In this document: piece after piece, positions 26,904-40,785 of the stretch | Layout: every line of letters begins with the position of its first letter | Numbering within the stretch: position 1 is the first letter of the stretch | NCBI RefSeq assembly: GCF_009914755.1 | Contig: NC_060927.1 | DNA length: 64,000 bases | Reading direction: 5' to 3' (one strand) | Origin: the human T2T-CHM13v2.0 reference genome, Homo sapiens | Position numbers and translations under genes: made by a program | Notes under the pieces: model-generated | What the model was told of the DNA's origin: nothing | Seen by the model: the letters and a program-made list of their open reading frames with translations, nothing else | Database searches by the model: none

Positions 26904-27269
26904 TGTCTTAGGTTGCATTCCGTAGAAGCAGATCCTGATAAGATGATGAAGTGCACATGTCTCTTGAGAAAATGCTCTCAGGAGAAGGGGGGAAGGTAAG
27001 CCAGGTGCAGCAGAGGACTGAGCAAGGTTGGGGTCTCAGCTGGACACTTCTTGGACCTGTTCCCACGGGAGCTCTGGAGTATGAACTGTACCACAGAATT
27101 GTCTCACCTAGAGGTAAGGGGCCTGCCTTTTGTACCCTATGCCAGTCATGGATTACATGCTGCCCCTGGTGGGAAGGTGGGGAACCTCCCAATGGCGATT
27201 CTCTGAGGAGGGCAGCTGTGATTTCCTTAGCAGACAACACTCTCAGCAGCTGGGAGATGGGTGTAGCAA
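26904..27269 (-). mobile_element. ERVL solo LTR (LTR16-like)
   Basis: TGTCTTAGGTTG...AGAAGCAGATCCTGA, the reverse of an LTR16 U5 end. Possible TSD CCACT. Confidence 0.7.
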
Positions 27270-27669
27270 CCACTCTCCATGAGACCACCCATTCTCACCC
27301 CCTCCAACAGCAAGCATGCCTGAGCAGGTGGGTCCCAAGATCTATATTCTCAGAAAAATTGGGAAACTAAGCTTTAGTCTGCTAGCCTAAGCCACATTTA
27401 CAGCCTGAAGGGTATGTTGTCCTTTCCCAGCGATCACAAAAAGGATGCTTTATTTTCTGTTTGGCTTCTAGTTCTTTTGAACACAGAAAACTCTGTCCGG
27501 GACCCTGGAGGGGAGAAGCAAAGGGAGTTGGAGGGTTACCAAAACCTTTCTCTCATTCCACATTAGACACTGCCTGTATGGAGAGAGGTGTGTGATACAG
27601 AGAAGAGTCAAAGTGACTCAAAGTCTCAGCTGAGAGGTGCTACTAATGGACATCAGCTCCCACAAGCCG

Positions 27670-28100
27670 CTGCTGGAAACCCTCCCTGGCTTTGGACAGC
27701 ACTTGGCTTAGATTCCAAACTCTGCATCCCATCACCAAAGCCTCACCTCATCTAATCACTGGCCACCTCTCTAACCTCATCTCCTCCCACTCTCCTGTTA
27801 TCATGCTCCAGCAGCTCAGCATCTTTTCTGTTTGGGGCCTTGGCTCTCTCAGGGCTTTGGTGCTTGCTGTTCCCTGCACCTGGAATAGTTTCCTCCCTGG
27901 AGAAGCCAATGTTGGTCACTCAGTCCAAAGAGGTCCACACCCCTAACCCATCACCACCTAAACTATCATTTCCTGCTATTTCTCTTCTTCATTTATTGCT
28001 TGTTTATTGGATTCTCTCACCCCTCTCTAAAATGCAAGCTCCACGAGAACACAGATATTGGCTAAATTACTTGTGGCTGTAACATCAGTGACTACAAGTA
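27670..28100 (+). mobile_element. L2 relic
   Basis: CTCAGGGCTTTGGTGCTTGCTGTTCCCTGCACCTGGAA...AAATGCAAGCTCCACGAG. Confidence 0.75.
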
Positions 28101-28109
28101 GGAAGGTCA

Positions 28110-28360
28110 GGGAAGGGAGCTATTTGAGAGTGAAGGAGGAGGAAGAATCATATATAATATTTGGTAGAAGCTGTGATTGATGTTCCAGTGAAATATGTGG
28201 ATGGAAATGCCCAGGAGACAGCTAGAGATGCCTGGCTAGACCCAAGAGAGTTTGAGCCTGGGATACATATTTCGGAGTCCTTCCCATAAAGCTAATAGCT
28301 AAAGTCGATATGGAAGAGAAGACAGTGAAGAGCAGAGCCTTAGGCAACACCCACATTCTG
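28110..28360 (-). mobile_element. L2 relic
   Basis: GTGGATGGAAATGCCCAGGAGACAGCTAGA...AGAGCCTTAGGCAACACCCACATT. Confidence 0.6.
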
Positions 28361-31130
28361 GAGATTTATTTTATCATGTTACCTAGAATGTTCCTCCATC
28401 TCCTATTAAGCACCCCTCTCTCAAACTGAAGTTGCAGCTTAAGAATTACTTGCCTCTTTCCCCACATTTATAATCCCTGCCCCCTGTTGCAGATGCAGAA
28501 CAGCAACCCAAGTCCCTTCTGGAAGCAGCCCTCTCCCTCCTGGCAGCTGACAGAAGTCTCTCTGGCCAGGCCGGCCTTTTGGCTGCTCTGCATATGGAAG
28601 TTCAATTACTGTCAATGGGAGGCCCATCGGCAGGGTGAGGGCAGAATACACAATGGAGATCGGTGTACCAGATAGGCGCCTAGATCAAAGAAGAACCCAG
28701 AGTTTGTGAAGTCCTTTCATCCTCCCTGATGAAAGGTGATACATGAAGGCAAAATTGTTATGATTATTTCATTGGGTTCCAATTGGAGATGGGCTATAGC
28801 TCACTAGTGCAGACAATAGCAAGCAGCCTGCATGGATGTCTCTATAATATATACAGACAGGCTGGCCACAAATTCTAATTGTGTGTGTGTGTGTGTATTC
28901 ATCAATAACATCATCTAAGCACTCCTTATTGTCAAGGAAGCCCTAAAGAGAATCACAGACTTGAACTCCCTGAGTCCTATAGACACAGACATACCATGAA
29001 ATATATATACTTCGTAAATGTGTACAGAAAAAGCCATAAAGTAAGGGACAAAGAAAACAGTAAGGACATTTGAATTTGTCTCTCCAGAGAGAGCCCTGAG
29101 GATATACCATTCTTAGAATAAAGCTTTCATTTCACAGTGCATCAGTAGGAAAATTAACAAGCTCCCCTCGTCCTGTTCCATAATTCATTCTCTTTGTTTT
29201 AGGTATCGAGCTGACCTGGTGACTTAAAACCATGAGAAATAGCTTTTAAATACACATCTGGTCCTGGCAGTTTTGCCTTGCCAATGACAGAAGACCAACT
29301 TGTCCCATCATTAGGGAGATAGACATAATGTCACTTTGTCATTCAAATTCCTTTTCGATTTAACTCCATGTCCTTCACTGGTGCTGGCTGCTGTGCTGCA
29401 GAGGTTGTGGTTTCCAGGCTGAACATTTTCCTGCCATCCCAGCATTGCTACTGTGGCTGGATTTAGAGGTCCTTAGCTTGGGGCGAGGATAAGATGTGTC
29501 TGTGGGATGGGGGAAGGGAGAGCTTTCTCTGGCCCTGTGTTTACCTGACCTTACACGCAGCTTTTTCTTTCTCAGGGAGAAGCTTACTGCTGTTTTCATG
29601 GCTCTGCATGCCCGGGGAAAGAGGAAGGCCACAGGAAGGTGACAGCTGAGGCAGGGTATAACAGCAGGTCCCCAGGGTGGGTCATTCACTGGGCTGACAA
29701 TCCAGTTGATGCTTGCTTGGGTTGGGGCTCTGTGCTAATTTGGATGCTGACAGCCAGGTGACAGCAGCAGAGGGAAAGTAAGCTGAGAAGCAGAGAGGGG
29801 GAACCTTGAAATGATGCCTCTAAACGATGGTTGACTTGTTTGTGACATCACACCCCTAAGGCATAGCTCTTTCCCCTGGGAGGGATGCTGAGTGGCAAGT
29901 AGGCAGGCTGGGTACATTTCCTTTTGGGATGTGGTAGCGACAGTGTCCTACAGAGTCAGACTGGTGGCTTTAACATCACAGGGCTTTGTCCAGCTGGATC
30001 CGGATATCCATTTGTCTAGATTCCATTTTCTCTGCTTCCTTTTTTATTCCAGTAGATATAGCAGGCTTTCTCCCTGTAGCCATGCAGAAGAGATACAACT
30101 CAGAGGTGATTCCTCTCAAAGGACATATTAGATTCTTGAAGAGAGTCTAACAGGTTTAAGTGGGTCAGATGCCATGACTCAACAGCTTCCCCTTGATCCT
30201 TTAATCTCACATCTGAAGCATAAGACCTATCCAGGTTACTTGGGGCAGCACCACCATTGTACCATTAAGGCTTCTCTTTCAGAAGGATGAATAATCCATC
30301 TGCAGCACTATTTTACACTCTAGTTCAATTCAAGACTCTGAATATGATTTATAAGTGTGAGTGATTATTTTAAGATCAACCAGGGTTAAGCCAGGGAAAT
30401 TCTGTCCTCTGGTAGGGAGCCTCAATGACCAGACCACTGTAAAGCCCCAGGAATGCCAAGAACTCTGAAGAAGAAAGATTCACCTCTAAGTGAGTTGGAG
30501 GAGGCAAAGACAAAAAACAAAAAACAAACAGTACAGGCCTTAGACTAAGGAGTGTGGGAATGAGTTTCACCTCCATTTCCAGCAACTGCCACGCATAGAG
30601 TCTCTTCCAAAAATGCCGGTGGCCTCAAAGAAGAGACAGCTGCTTCCCCAGCCCCTCATTCATCACCTGCTTGCTGGCCTAGGACTGATAAGACAGATCC
30701 AGATCAAATTACCTGGCAGCTGGGAGAGCAAGGAGATAAGGAAAGGCAAGCTTAGGAGAAGTTCAGTAGAGTAGCAAAGATCAAATTGTGTATTAAATTT
30801 TCCAGGAACTAAAACCTTGCTCCCTCTGCAAACCCAGGGGAGGCACCTCCAATCAGTCAGCACCAAACAGTGTTCCCAGGAGAAAAGCAATGCCTTCAGC
30901 TTCTACTAGGAATTAAGAAAACAGAGTACTGAGACCAATTTATTATCACGCAGTTGGATGATAGGAAAATGAAAACAAAGGTTAGAGGTGAACATTATAG
31001 AGGAGCCGAGTGGCCAATGGCCAGAGAAACTTCAGGCAACAGAAGGAACACTGGGCTGAGCAAAAGACTTGGATTCTTGTTCTAGCTCCATCTCTCTCCC
31101 TTTGAAAATGCACTTGAACCCCTCTGGGCT

Positions 31131-31136
31131 TTATTT

Positions 31137-31183
<47 letters not shown>

Positions 31184-31184
31184 T
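31131..31184. repeat. (TTTA)n microsatellite
   Basis: Read directly. Confidence 0.97.
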
Positions 31185-31344
31185 AAAATGGTGGGGTGAG
31201 GATTTCTTCAAGCTAAGATCTTCCTGGCTTGAAGCTCTTAAAATTTCTTGTTACTGCAGTCTTCCTAAGACATTCCATCTGATGGTTTATTCTTTTGACT
31301 CTGCCATTTTACTCAACTAAACCTCAAAATTCTTGACTATGGAA

Positions 31345-31763
31345 GCCTCCAGAGGTGTTGTTAAAGCTTTAACTCTTTCATTAAAAGCCATGTGACTTGC
31401 TTTATCCAATGGGAGGTTAGTAGATGTGACACAAACAAATGCTCGAAAGAGTACTTGCATGTTTCCATTTACGTTTCTGTTCTTGCCTTCTGTCATCACC
31501 ATGACAACATGCCCAGTCTGGCTCCTGGAGGATGGGACACACAACGTGGGAACCGGCAAGTCACCAGAGTCATCTCAGCCAAGATCAACCAATAGTCAAT
31601 TACCAGGAACGTGAGAGAATTCTGAGACCAGGACTGCTCAGCCACCTCTGCCTAAAATACCAACACACAGAACAGTAAAGTGAATGGATGTTTATTATCC
31701 TAAGCCACTATATTTTGAGATTGTACCTCATGCAGCACTATTATGACCATAGGTGACTGATAT
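31345..31763 (+). mobile_element. MaLR MLT1 solo LTR
   Basis: GCCATGTGACTTGCTTTATCCAATGG...TAAGCCACTATATTTTGAG...GGTGACTGATATA. Confidence 0.8.
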
Positions 31764-33017
31764 AAAAAGTAAGGAATTATGAATCATAAGAAAAAGATGA
31801 ACCAAGGAAAGAATCAGCTTTGAAGAGGTGGTAAACTATGGGAGTTGGGTATGCTTTTCTGCAATGATCTTGTCTTATTTTCTTTTTTTTTAAAGGAAGG
31901 CCTACCTGAATAATTCTGTGCAGGAAGATAAAAGCAAGATTAGAGTGAGACCTATTCAGGGAGGTGTCATTTTGTGAGCAGTTCATGACCATACCCAATA
32001 ATCAGGGTCTGTCTACATATCTGAATTTTAATCCTTACATATATGGCCTTAGATGAACTAAAATAATTATAAGAAGTTGTGTCATTGTAGACTTCTATTA
32101 ATAAACATATACCTACATATATACATGTTTATGCACAAGAATCAGCCTGTATAGGCATATTTACCTAGGCATATTCATTGCATAGTGCTCTCATGGTTGT
32201 GACTTGGGTGGGTGTAGCAAAGTGACAGGCCAGGATCTCACCACATAGGAAGAACTTTGGTCTGGCCAAGACAGGGCCAGCTAGTGGCCTCCCTGCCATT
32301 AGCTCTGTCTGCCACCCAAGACAGAAGAAGCCAACAGTCCAAAGGGACATAGCAGCTTCATTTTGGTTCTAGTTAGTGGTGCCATAGAAGAGGAACAGGC
32401 AGATAGGATCTCATCTAGGCCATGAGACAAGCAAGAGTTCTCAAGAAGGGTAGACTCTTAGAAACAGGAGGCCAGTGAGACATGGATCTAAGAGGCATAG
32501 CCAGGTAGAAGCAGCCCTAGTCAATGGCTAGAAGTATAATATCCCAATAAAAGAGGCATTCTTAGAAAGCTGGGCAGCATCTCAGGACCACACATGATTG
32601 GGGAAAAGGGGTTGGTGAGGGGCAGACCCAGCCAGTTAGGCCTGTAGGTGCTGGGACAGGGTGGGGGATGCATTGTACCCACAGAATAAAGCCATAAGGG
32701 TGAATAGCAAGAGCCACATTGTGGATCACCCTGGAGCAGGTGTCAGAGTGAAGCCTGACATATGGAAGCTCTAGGAACACAATGGTAACCAGGGGAATAG
32801 AGGAAGAAAGAGAGGTTTCAAGGCCTCAGTAAAGCTGAGACTCAGGAACAGCAGGTGTGCACAAGTGCTAAGTGGTCTGGATTAATTCACGAGCTGGGTG
32901 CCAATGCCTGGCTCAGCTTCTATGGGCTCCTGGAGGATCCTTAAGAGGTGATAAAGTTCAGGTAAAGACAGTGGACTGGGACCAGGCAGAGCCTGGGATC
33001 CTGGGGTCATATCCAGC

Positions 33018-33495
33018 CCATTACCAAATCCTGTCAATTAAACTTCCAAAATGTCTCTGAGATCTGCCTGGGGCTCTCAGCATCTTTCCCACCATTGTCT
33101 CTTGTCTTGATTTAGGCAGTGGTCCTTACTTGTCTTCCTGTACGGCTGCCAGAGGGGAATTTTAAATATATAGTTTGGATTGCATCATTCTCCCTGTTTA
33201 AAACCCTCCAAGGCTTTCTGGATTCTTTCCCAATAGTTTCAAACACTTTACTCTGAGCGTCTTTGTCCCATGCATGCCATTCTCCCCCTTTCTTGCAGCT
33301 GCAGACACAGTGACCAGGCCTTGGTTGTATGATGCCTCCAGCTCGTTTCTAAGTTAGGACCTTCGCTTTTGCTCTTCCCTTTACCTGTAGGCTCTTTCTC
33401 CCGCTCCTCATGGGGCTGCCTCTTTCTCTTCATTCAGGCCTCAGCCTCAGTGCTACTTCTTTAGTGATGTCTGCCTGCGTTACCCAGTCTGAATG
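33018..33495 (+). mobile_element. L2 relic
   Basis: CATTACCAAATCCTGTCAATT...TCCCTGTTTAAAACCCTCCAAGGCTT...TCATTCAGGCCTCAGC. Confidence 0.75.
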
Positions 33496-36400
33496 AGTTT
33501 TTTTTAACTTCCTATTCTACACATTTATATAGAAATAGAAGTGGCTTAGAATCCCAGGCCTTCCTCCCTGCACTGATCCCATGTCCTGGGTCTCCATTAC
33601 TCTTCAGGTTAGGTATGAGAAAACTGGGAGGCAACAAGACAATATGTGTGACCTAGACTTCATGGAATTAAGTAAACATCAAACATTAGCAAAGCCACAA
33701 TTTGTGGTCAGAGAAAAATTGCTAGAACCAGAGGGACATTCAATAGTGGAAGACCTAAAGTGACCACAGGGGCAAGGGCCTTGAGTGATCAGAATCCTGT
33801 TGGCAACTGACAGCCTGGATGATATTCCTTGTCCTGCTTGTCATCAGGGAGGCTCAAGCCCCTCCGCCCTGCCGCCACCTCTGCAGGGCTGAACACAGGC
33901 ACTTTGTATAGGGAAACTTCAAAGACATTTTTCAAAAAGCAAAACCAGAGTGCACTTATATCTCAGAAAAAATGAGCTCCACTTGAATTTCCAACATTTC
34001 ACAGATTTATGCAATCACACTTAGGTACCAAAATAACAGAGCAACAGAAATAGAGTTACTGAACTGTAATCAAGACAGAAAGTCTCCATATTTTAAATAC
34101 TGGACATTGAACAACTTCTGTATTTAGCAACCCAGCTCAGACACAAGAAAATGATCAATCCAATGTGAGTTTGTTTATACTGATTTGGGAAAAGCCCCTT
34201 CATGGACTGTTGAAGGAAGTAAGATAAAGATGGAACCAGGGCAATGTGAGGAGATTCCAGAGCAGACATTTATCCTCAGCCTCTTCTGTCGAAAAGATGC
34301 AACCATTCCTTAAGAAGGAGGGATGGGGAGTAACCACTAGACCCATAGGGGTTAAGCCTACATATATTTTGTAATTTGCTCACATGTATTTATGCATCTT
34401 AATGTGGGCATAATTATGAATTTAATACATGCACTTAAATAGAATTTTCTGAAGACATTGCTTTAGTGACTCTTAAATACTGGTTCCAACAGTAGGAAGT
34501 TCAAGTGCAATGGAAGGGCAGTAAAGGGAGACACTTTGGAAGTGGGCAGTATCTTGCACTGTTATTGATACCATCTCAAGGAAGCAGCCTTCTAGACTGC
34601 TGCTGGATAGGGCCAATTCTGCTCGGAATACTGTATAGTATATTGCAAATGGGATTAGTCTGCTGAAAAGCTAACCCTATGTTCCAGGAAATTTGACTTT
34701 CCATCACAAATGATGCTAAGATCAGGCCCCATGCCAGAGGGAGAATGGCCTGAGTGCCAGGCATTCACCCGAAGGGCAAGGTCTCTGGAGGCTGCTGCAC
34801 ATTCTACAGGGCGGAGTCAGAGCCCTTGCTTGGAAAGGGGACTCCTGAGCCCTGGCCTTGGGTGTGCCCCACCCCACCCCCATTCAGCTTGCACCTTCCC
34901 TCCCCCATCTCCTAGTCCCAAGGCCAGGCATCTAGAAAAGCTCTCTCCTTGTTTTATCTGGCAGAACTTTGGGACAATAATTGGACTGAGTTCAACTGGC
35001 CAGGAAACCAAAGCCCAACAGAAAAATGCCTCATGAGTCCTGCCAACCTCCTGCTCCTTGCCAGGCCCAGTGCCGGACAAACAGCCCTGCTAGCGTTTGG
35101 GTTTGCGAGAGGAAGTACATTCCGTATGTGGAAGCTACATAATGGAAGTTATGTACTTTTCGGGAACTGTATAAGCAAGCACAACTGCTGCTCCCATTAT
35201 GTGGCTCATGAAAGAGTTTTCACCTCCTGGGCTGGAAGGGAGTTGGTCTGTCTGCAACAAAGGCGTTTGCCTCTGTGGCTTTCTGAAAAAGAATGTGTGC
35301 GCTTGTCAAAACAGAACTTTCCTGCGTACTTGGAAGAGTGGGCCTGTCTGCCTGCCAGAAAGGAGCAAGGCTCAGTTTGGTTAAAAAGGGAAAAAAATTC
35401 CACTAAGCAGCCCCATTAGCCACTGCTCAGAGCAGCCTTCTTCTCTCACAAAGACATTTGTTCACTGTTGCAAAGCCGGCTTCCCTAGCAATTTCCCACT
35501 ACTGCAGTTTGACTCGGCTGGAAGGTGGAGAGCTGGCATTAGGGATGAGTGTTTTCCCATCATGGAAAGGTTAAACAAAACTTTTCTCTGTGGTGGTCCA
35601 GAGCCCCAGGGCTCAGAGAAATATGAATACTGTGTTGGTAAATGCTCTCACTATGTTTTTCCGATCATTTTTTTTTTCTCCAAAGTAGGCTGCTGTTATT
35701 CCTCTAATGGTAGTGGAAAAACAGATGCAAAGATAACCTGACCTGGAGCGAGGCTTTGAAAACCCACTTGAGTTTTAATCAGCTGATTGTGGCAATGTGG
35801 CCCTCCTCCAGAAATTTGCTCTTGGTTGACCCCTGCCTATGCAGCCATAATAGCATGTTCAACCAAAGCAAAGCCCAGGGTTCAAATCAAGTATGACTCT
35901 ATGAGTAAAGTAAATCACACCAATTTTTTCTACAAAGATGTTCTAACTTCAGTGTGACTGGCAAACATTCACTTCCAGGACCTGATAGTTCCATTTCCTT
36001 AGTGGCTCCAGGTTCCCAAGGGAATCTTCATGAAATTCAAAATTGGACCTAGAAGAGGCCATCCCATCCTCCTCTGTGAATGGATCATGTTTTCTCAAGA
36101 CAGGTCTCCACAATAGAACAATTGAGACTACATGTCTATTTTAAGCCCTTGATTGTGAGAATTGCATCCATTTAATTTGAGTAGTTGGGTTAACTTTCCC
36201 TAGCCAATGACAATTACCTCCCTGGCTCCTGGGTAGAAAGGAAGAAAGAAGGCAAGCAGAACCTGGGGCTAATCTCACAATGACCTTGTTCTCTGTAGTT
36301 GCTTTGAGATGCCACAGCCCTCAAGCAACTGCCTAAATTTCACCAATGAAAGTCCTGGTAGCATGGAGGGCATTTCAGATTGAATTCCTAAAACTATCAT

Positions 36401-36959
36401 TGGGGGCTCCAGGACAATAATTAATATTATTGCAGCTGAGAATTATTCTTTAATCAATTTATGCAAACTTGCTTAGATGCACGTGGGAGTTTCTGTTAAA
36501 TAATACATGCAAACTTACAAATGGTTTATCAGTATCAGTAACTCAGACCTGTGAAAGTGATTGCTTTGCTTTGTAAAAACATGCCTGATTCCTCGGAGGT
36601 CTGAGGACTAGCATGGAACACAGTACCTGGCCAATACCATGGACTATTTTATCCCAGGCAAAACTTCATCTGTACTTGAGAGGTTAAAAATCAACAACTG
36701 GGTATAATGATAATTAGGGACAATAAATGGAACTTCAGGAATAACCTCCTGTGTTGTACCTGCTGATCTCCAAGAGGTGTCAGCTGCTTGGAGTACCCTG
36801 TGGTTCATGACAGTTTTGGGATAAAACATAAAGTCAATAGTAAGAAGCTACAAGTGGGGCCAGATTGTAATTCAAGAAAAGTATGTTAAATTTAAGAAAA
36901 ACAACAGCATGCATTTAGTAAGTATGCATTTAACGTGAGCTAAGAAGATGCTGTGAGTA

Positions 36960-37178
36960 TTAGGTGTCTCCTCAAATTAGCAAGAACACAACATTCCCTA
37001 AGCAGTGTTCTTTCCAGAAATAATTAAGCCTGGATTTAATCATACATCTAGATCTAACTACCAGTTTACAGGAAATTCAAGAGATAGAGGAACACGCTAA
37101 CCAACATTATAAGGAAGAAAGAAGCCAAAACCAGAATATGAGGAATTCTATGGGACAGAGAACCTGACTCCTTCAATA
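36960..37178 (+). mobile_element. L1M (L1MC/ME) 3' region, left part (split by Tigger1)
   Basis: CTAGATCTAACTACCAGTTTACAGGAAAT...GAATTCTATGGGACA resembles an L1MC4/5-type 3' UTR and continues after the Tigger1. Confidence 0.65.
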
Positions 37179-37307
37179 CAGGCATACCTCAGAGATGCTG
37201 TGGGGTCAGTTCCACACCCTTGCAATAAAGCAAATATTGCAATAAAGCCAGCCACACAAAATTTTTTGTTTCCAAGGGTATACAAAAGTTATGTTTCCAA
37301 TATATTA

Positions 37308-37677
<370 letters not shown>

Positions 37678-38010
37678 TTAATTTTAAAATGCTTTATTGC
37701 TAAAAAAGAGAAAAAGTGCTCATGATTGTCTTGAGACTTCAGTGAGTCATAATCTTTTCGCTGGTGAAGGGTCTTGCCTCAGCGTTGATGGCTACTGACT
37801 GATCAGGGTGGTGGTTGCTGAAAGCTGGGGTAGCTATGGCTATTTCTTAAAATCAGACAGCAAGGGAGTTTGCTGCATCAGTTGACTCTTCCTTTCACAA
37901 CAGATTTATCTGTAGCATGTGATGCTGTTTGATAACATTTTACCTACAGTAGAACTTCTTTCAAAATTGGAATCAATCCTATCAACTCCTGCCAGTTCGT
38001 CATCAACTAA

Positions 38011-38392
<382 letters not shown>

Positions 38393-38537
38393 ACCATAAG
38401 CAGATTTTATCCCAAGAAACCACTTTCTTGGCTCATGCATAAGCAGCAACTCCTCATTCATTCAACTTGAATCATGAGATTGCAGCAATTCAGTCACATC
38501 TTCAGGCTTCACTTCTAATTCTAGTTCTCTTGCTATT

Positions 38538-38682
38538 TCTTTTTCTTTCTTTTTTTTTTTTAAATAGAGATAGGGTCTCACCATATTGCCCAGGCTCATC
38601 TTGAACTCCTGGGCTTAAGCAATCCTCCCACCTCAGCCTCCCAAAGTGCTAGGATTACAGTCGTGAGCCACCGTGCCCAGTC
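38538..38682 (-). mobile_element. FLAM_C / Alu left monomer
   Basis: Single left monomer with T-tail. TSD TAGTTCT..TTGCTATTT on both sides. Confidence 0.9.
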
Positions 38683-38913
38683 TAGTTCTTTTTTGCTATT
38701 TCGACTGCATCTGTAGTTACTTCCTCCACTGAAGGCTTGAAACCCTCAAAGTCATTCATAAACGTTGGAATCAACTTCCTCCAAACTCCTGTTAATGTTG
38801 ATGTTTTGACCTTCTCCTATAAATTATGAATGGTCTTAATGACGTCTAGAATGGCGAATGCTTTCCAGAGGACTTTCAATTTACTTTGTCCAGATTCATT
38901 AGAGGAATCACTA

Positions 38914-39489
38914 TCATAAGGCAGCTATAGCCTTATGAAATATATTTCTTAAGTAATAAGACTTGAAAGTCAAAATTACTCCTTGATCCATGGGCTGCAG
39001 AATGGATGTTGTGTTAGCAGGCATGAAAACAACCTTCATGTTCCTGTACATCTCCATCAGAGTTCTTGGGTGACCAGATGCGTTGACAGTGAGTGGTAAT
39101 ATTTTGGAAGAAATCTTTTTTTCTGATTCATAGGTCTCAACAGGGGGCTTCAAATATTCAGTAAACCATGCTATAAATAGATGTGCTGTCATGCAGGTTT
39201 TGCTGTTCCATTTATAAAGCATAGGCAGAGTAGATTTAGCATAATTCTTAAGAGCCCCAGGATTTTCAGAATGGTAAATTAGTACTGGCTTCAACTTCAT
39301 GTCACTAGCTGCATTAGCTCTTAACAAGAGTGTCAGTCTGTCCTTTGAAACTTTAAAACCAGGCACTAACTTCTCCTCTCTAGCTATGAAAGCCCTAGAT
39401 GACATCTTCTTCCAATAGAACATTGTTTTGTTTACTCTGAAAATCTGTTGTTCAGTGGAGCCACCTTCATCAATGATCTTAGCTAGCAC
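38914..39489 (-). pseudogene. Tigger1 transposase remnant (DDE/D domain part), catalytically degenerate
   Basis: 191-aa ORF with pogo motifs. QIFRVNKT replaces the usual xIFNx[11 protein letters not shown] replaces LxxDNAPGH, and QPMDQGVI is retained. The upstream HTH part is frameshifted (fragment 39892-40119, IIKLSEEG). Confidence 0.9.
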
Positions 39490-40399
39490 TTCTGGATAAC
39501 TTGCTGCAGCTTTGCATCAACACTTGCTGTTTCACTTTACACTCTTATGATGTGATGATGATTTATTTTCTTAAACCTCATGAACCAACCTCTGCTAGTG
39601 TCAAGTTTTTCTTCTGCAGCTTCCTCACTTCTCTCAGCCTTCATAGAATTGAAGAGAGTTAGGCTTGCTCTGGATTAGGTTTCAGCTTATGGGAATGTTG
39701 TGGCTGTTTTGATCTTTCTTCCAGACCACTAAAACTTTCTTCATATCAGCAAAAAGGCTGCTTCACTTTCTTATCATTCATGCATTCACTGAAGTAGCAC
39801 TTTTAATTTCCTTCAAGAACTTTTCCTTTGTATTCATAACTTGGCTAACTGGCACAAGAAGCCTAGCTTTTGGCCTGTCTTGGCTTTTGGCCTATCTTGA
39901 TGTGCCTTCCTCACTAAGTTTAATTATTTCTAGGTTTTGATTTAAAGTGGGAGACATGTGACTCTTCCTTTCACTTAAATGCTTAGTGGCTATCATAGGG
40001 TTATTAATTGGCCTAATTTCAATATTGTGTCTCAGGGAGTAGAGAGGCCCAAAGAAGGAAGAGAGATGGAGGAACAGCTGGTGAGTGGAGTTGTCAGAAC
40101 ACACACAACATTTATACATTGAGATTACCCTATTCTATGGGTGTGGTTCATGGCACCCCAAAATAGTATCAACAGTAACATCGAAGATCACTGATCGCAG
40201 ATCACCATGACAGATATCATAATGAAAAAGTTCAAAATATTGCAAGAAGTACCAAAATATGACACAAAATATGCTGTTCAAAAAATGACACAAATAGACT
40301 TGTTCGTCTCAGGGTTGCTACAAACCTTCAATTTGTAACAAGTGCAATAATCTGCAAAGTACAATAAAGCAAAGAACAATAAAGTGAGGCATGCTTGTA

Positions 40400-40785
40400 C
40401 ATAAATGGCATTGAAAACGTGAGAAAAGACACAGGTTAAAAGAAATGAGATGTATTTTAAAAAACAATGCATGGAATTCATTTGGATCATGATTTAATCA
40501 AACCAACTATAAAAAAATTTTTGAGATAATCTGGGAAATTTGAACAAAGATAGTTTATTAGATAATCTTAGTGATAATATATTATGGGTATGTTAAAAAT
40601 GAATGTTTATCTATTTAATATACAGAAATGAAATAACTGAGATTTTCTTTTAAATATTTCAGCAAAGAAAGTGGGATATAGATAAAACAAGATTAGCAAA
40701 ATGTTGATGTTTGCATAATGTGTACATGAGATTTCATTATACTATTCTGTCTACCTTTGTGCACATTGAAAATTTCCAGAATACG
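40400..40785 (+). mobile_element. L1M 3' region, right part
   Basis: TTGAGATAATCTGGGAAATTTGAACA...TTCATTATACTATTCTGTCTACCTTTGTGCACATTGAAAATTTCCA is a typical old L1 3' terminus. Confidence 0.8.

Noticed and set aside
26908-27370. Overlapping 126-aa and 139-aa ORFs on opposite strands
   Set aside because: Both lie within an ERVL LTR16-like relic and show no protein homology.
34949-35419. 156-aa ORF in non-repeat sequence
   Set aside because: It starts at TTG, has no recognisable domain or splice context, and its length is compatible with chance.
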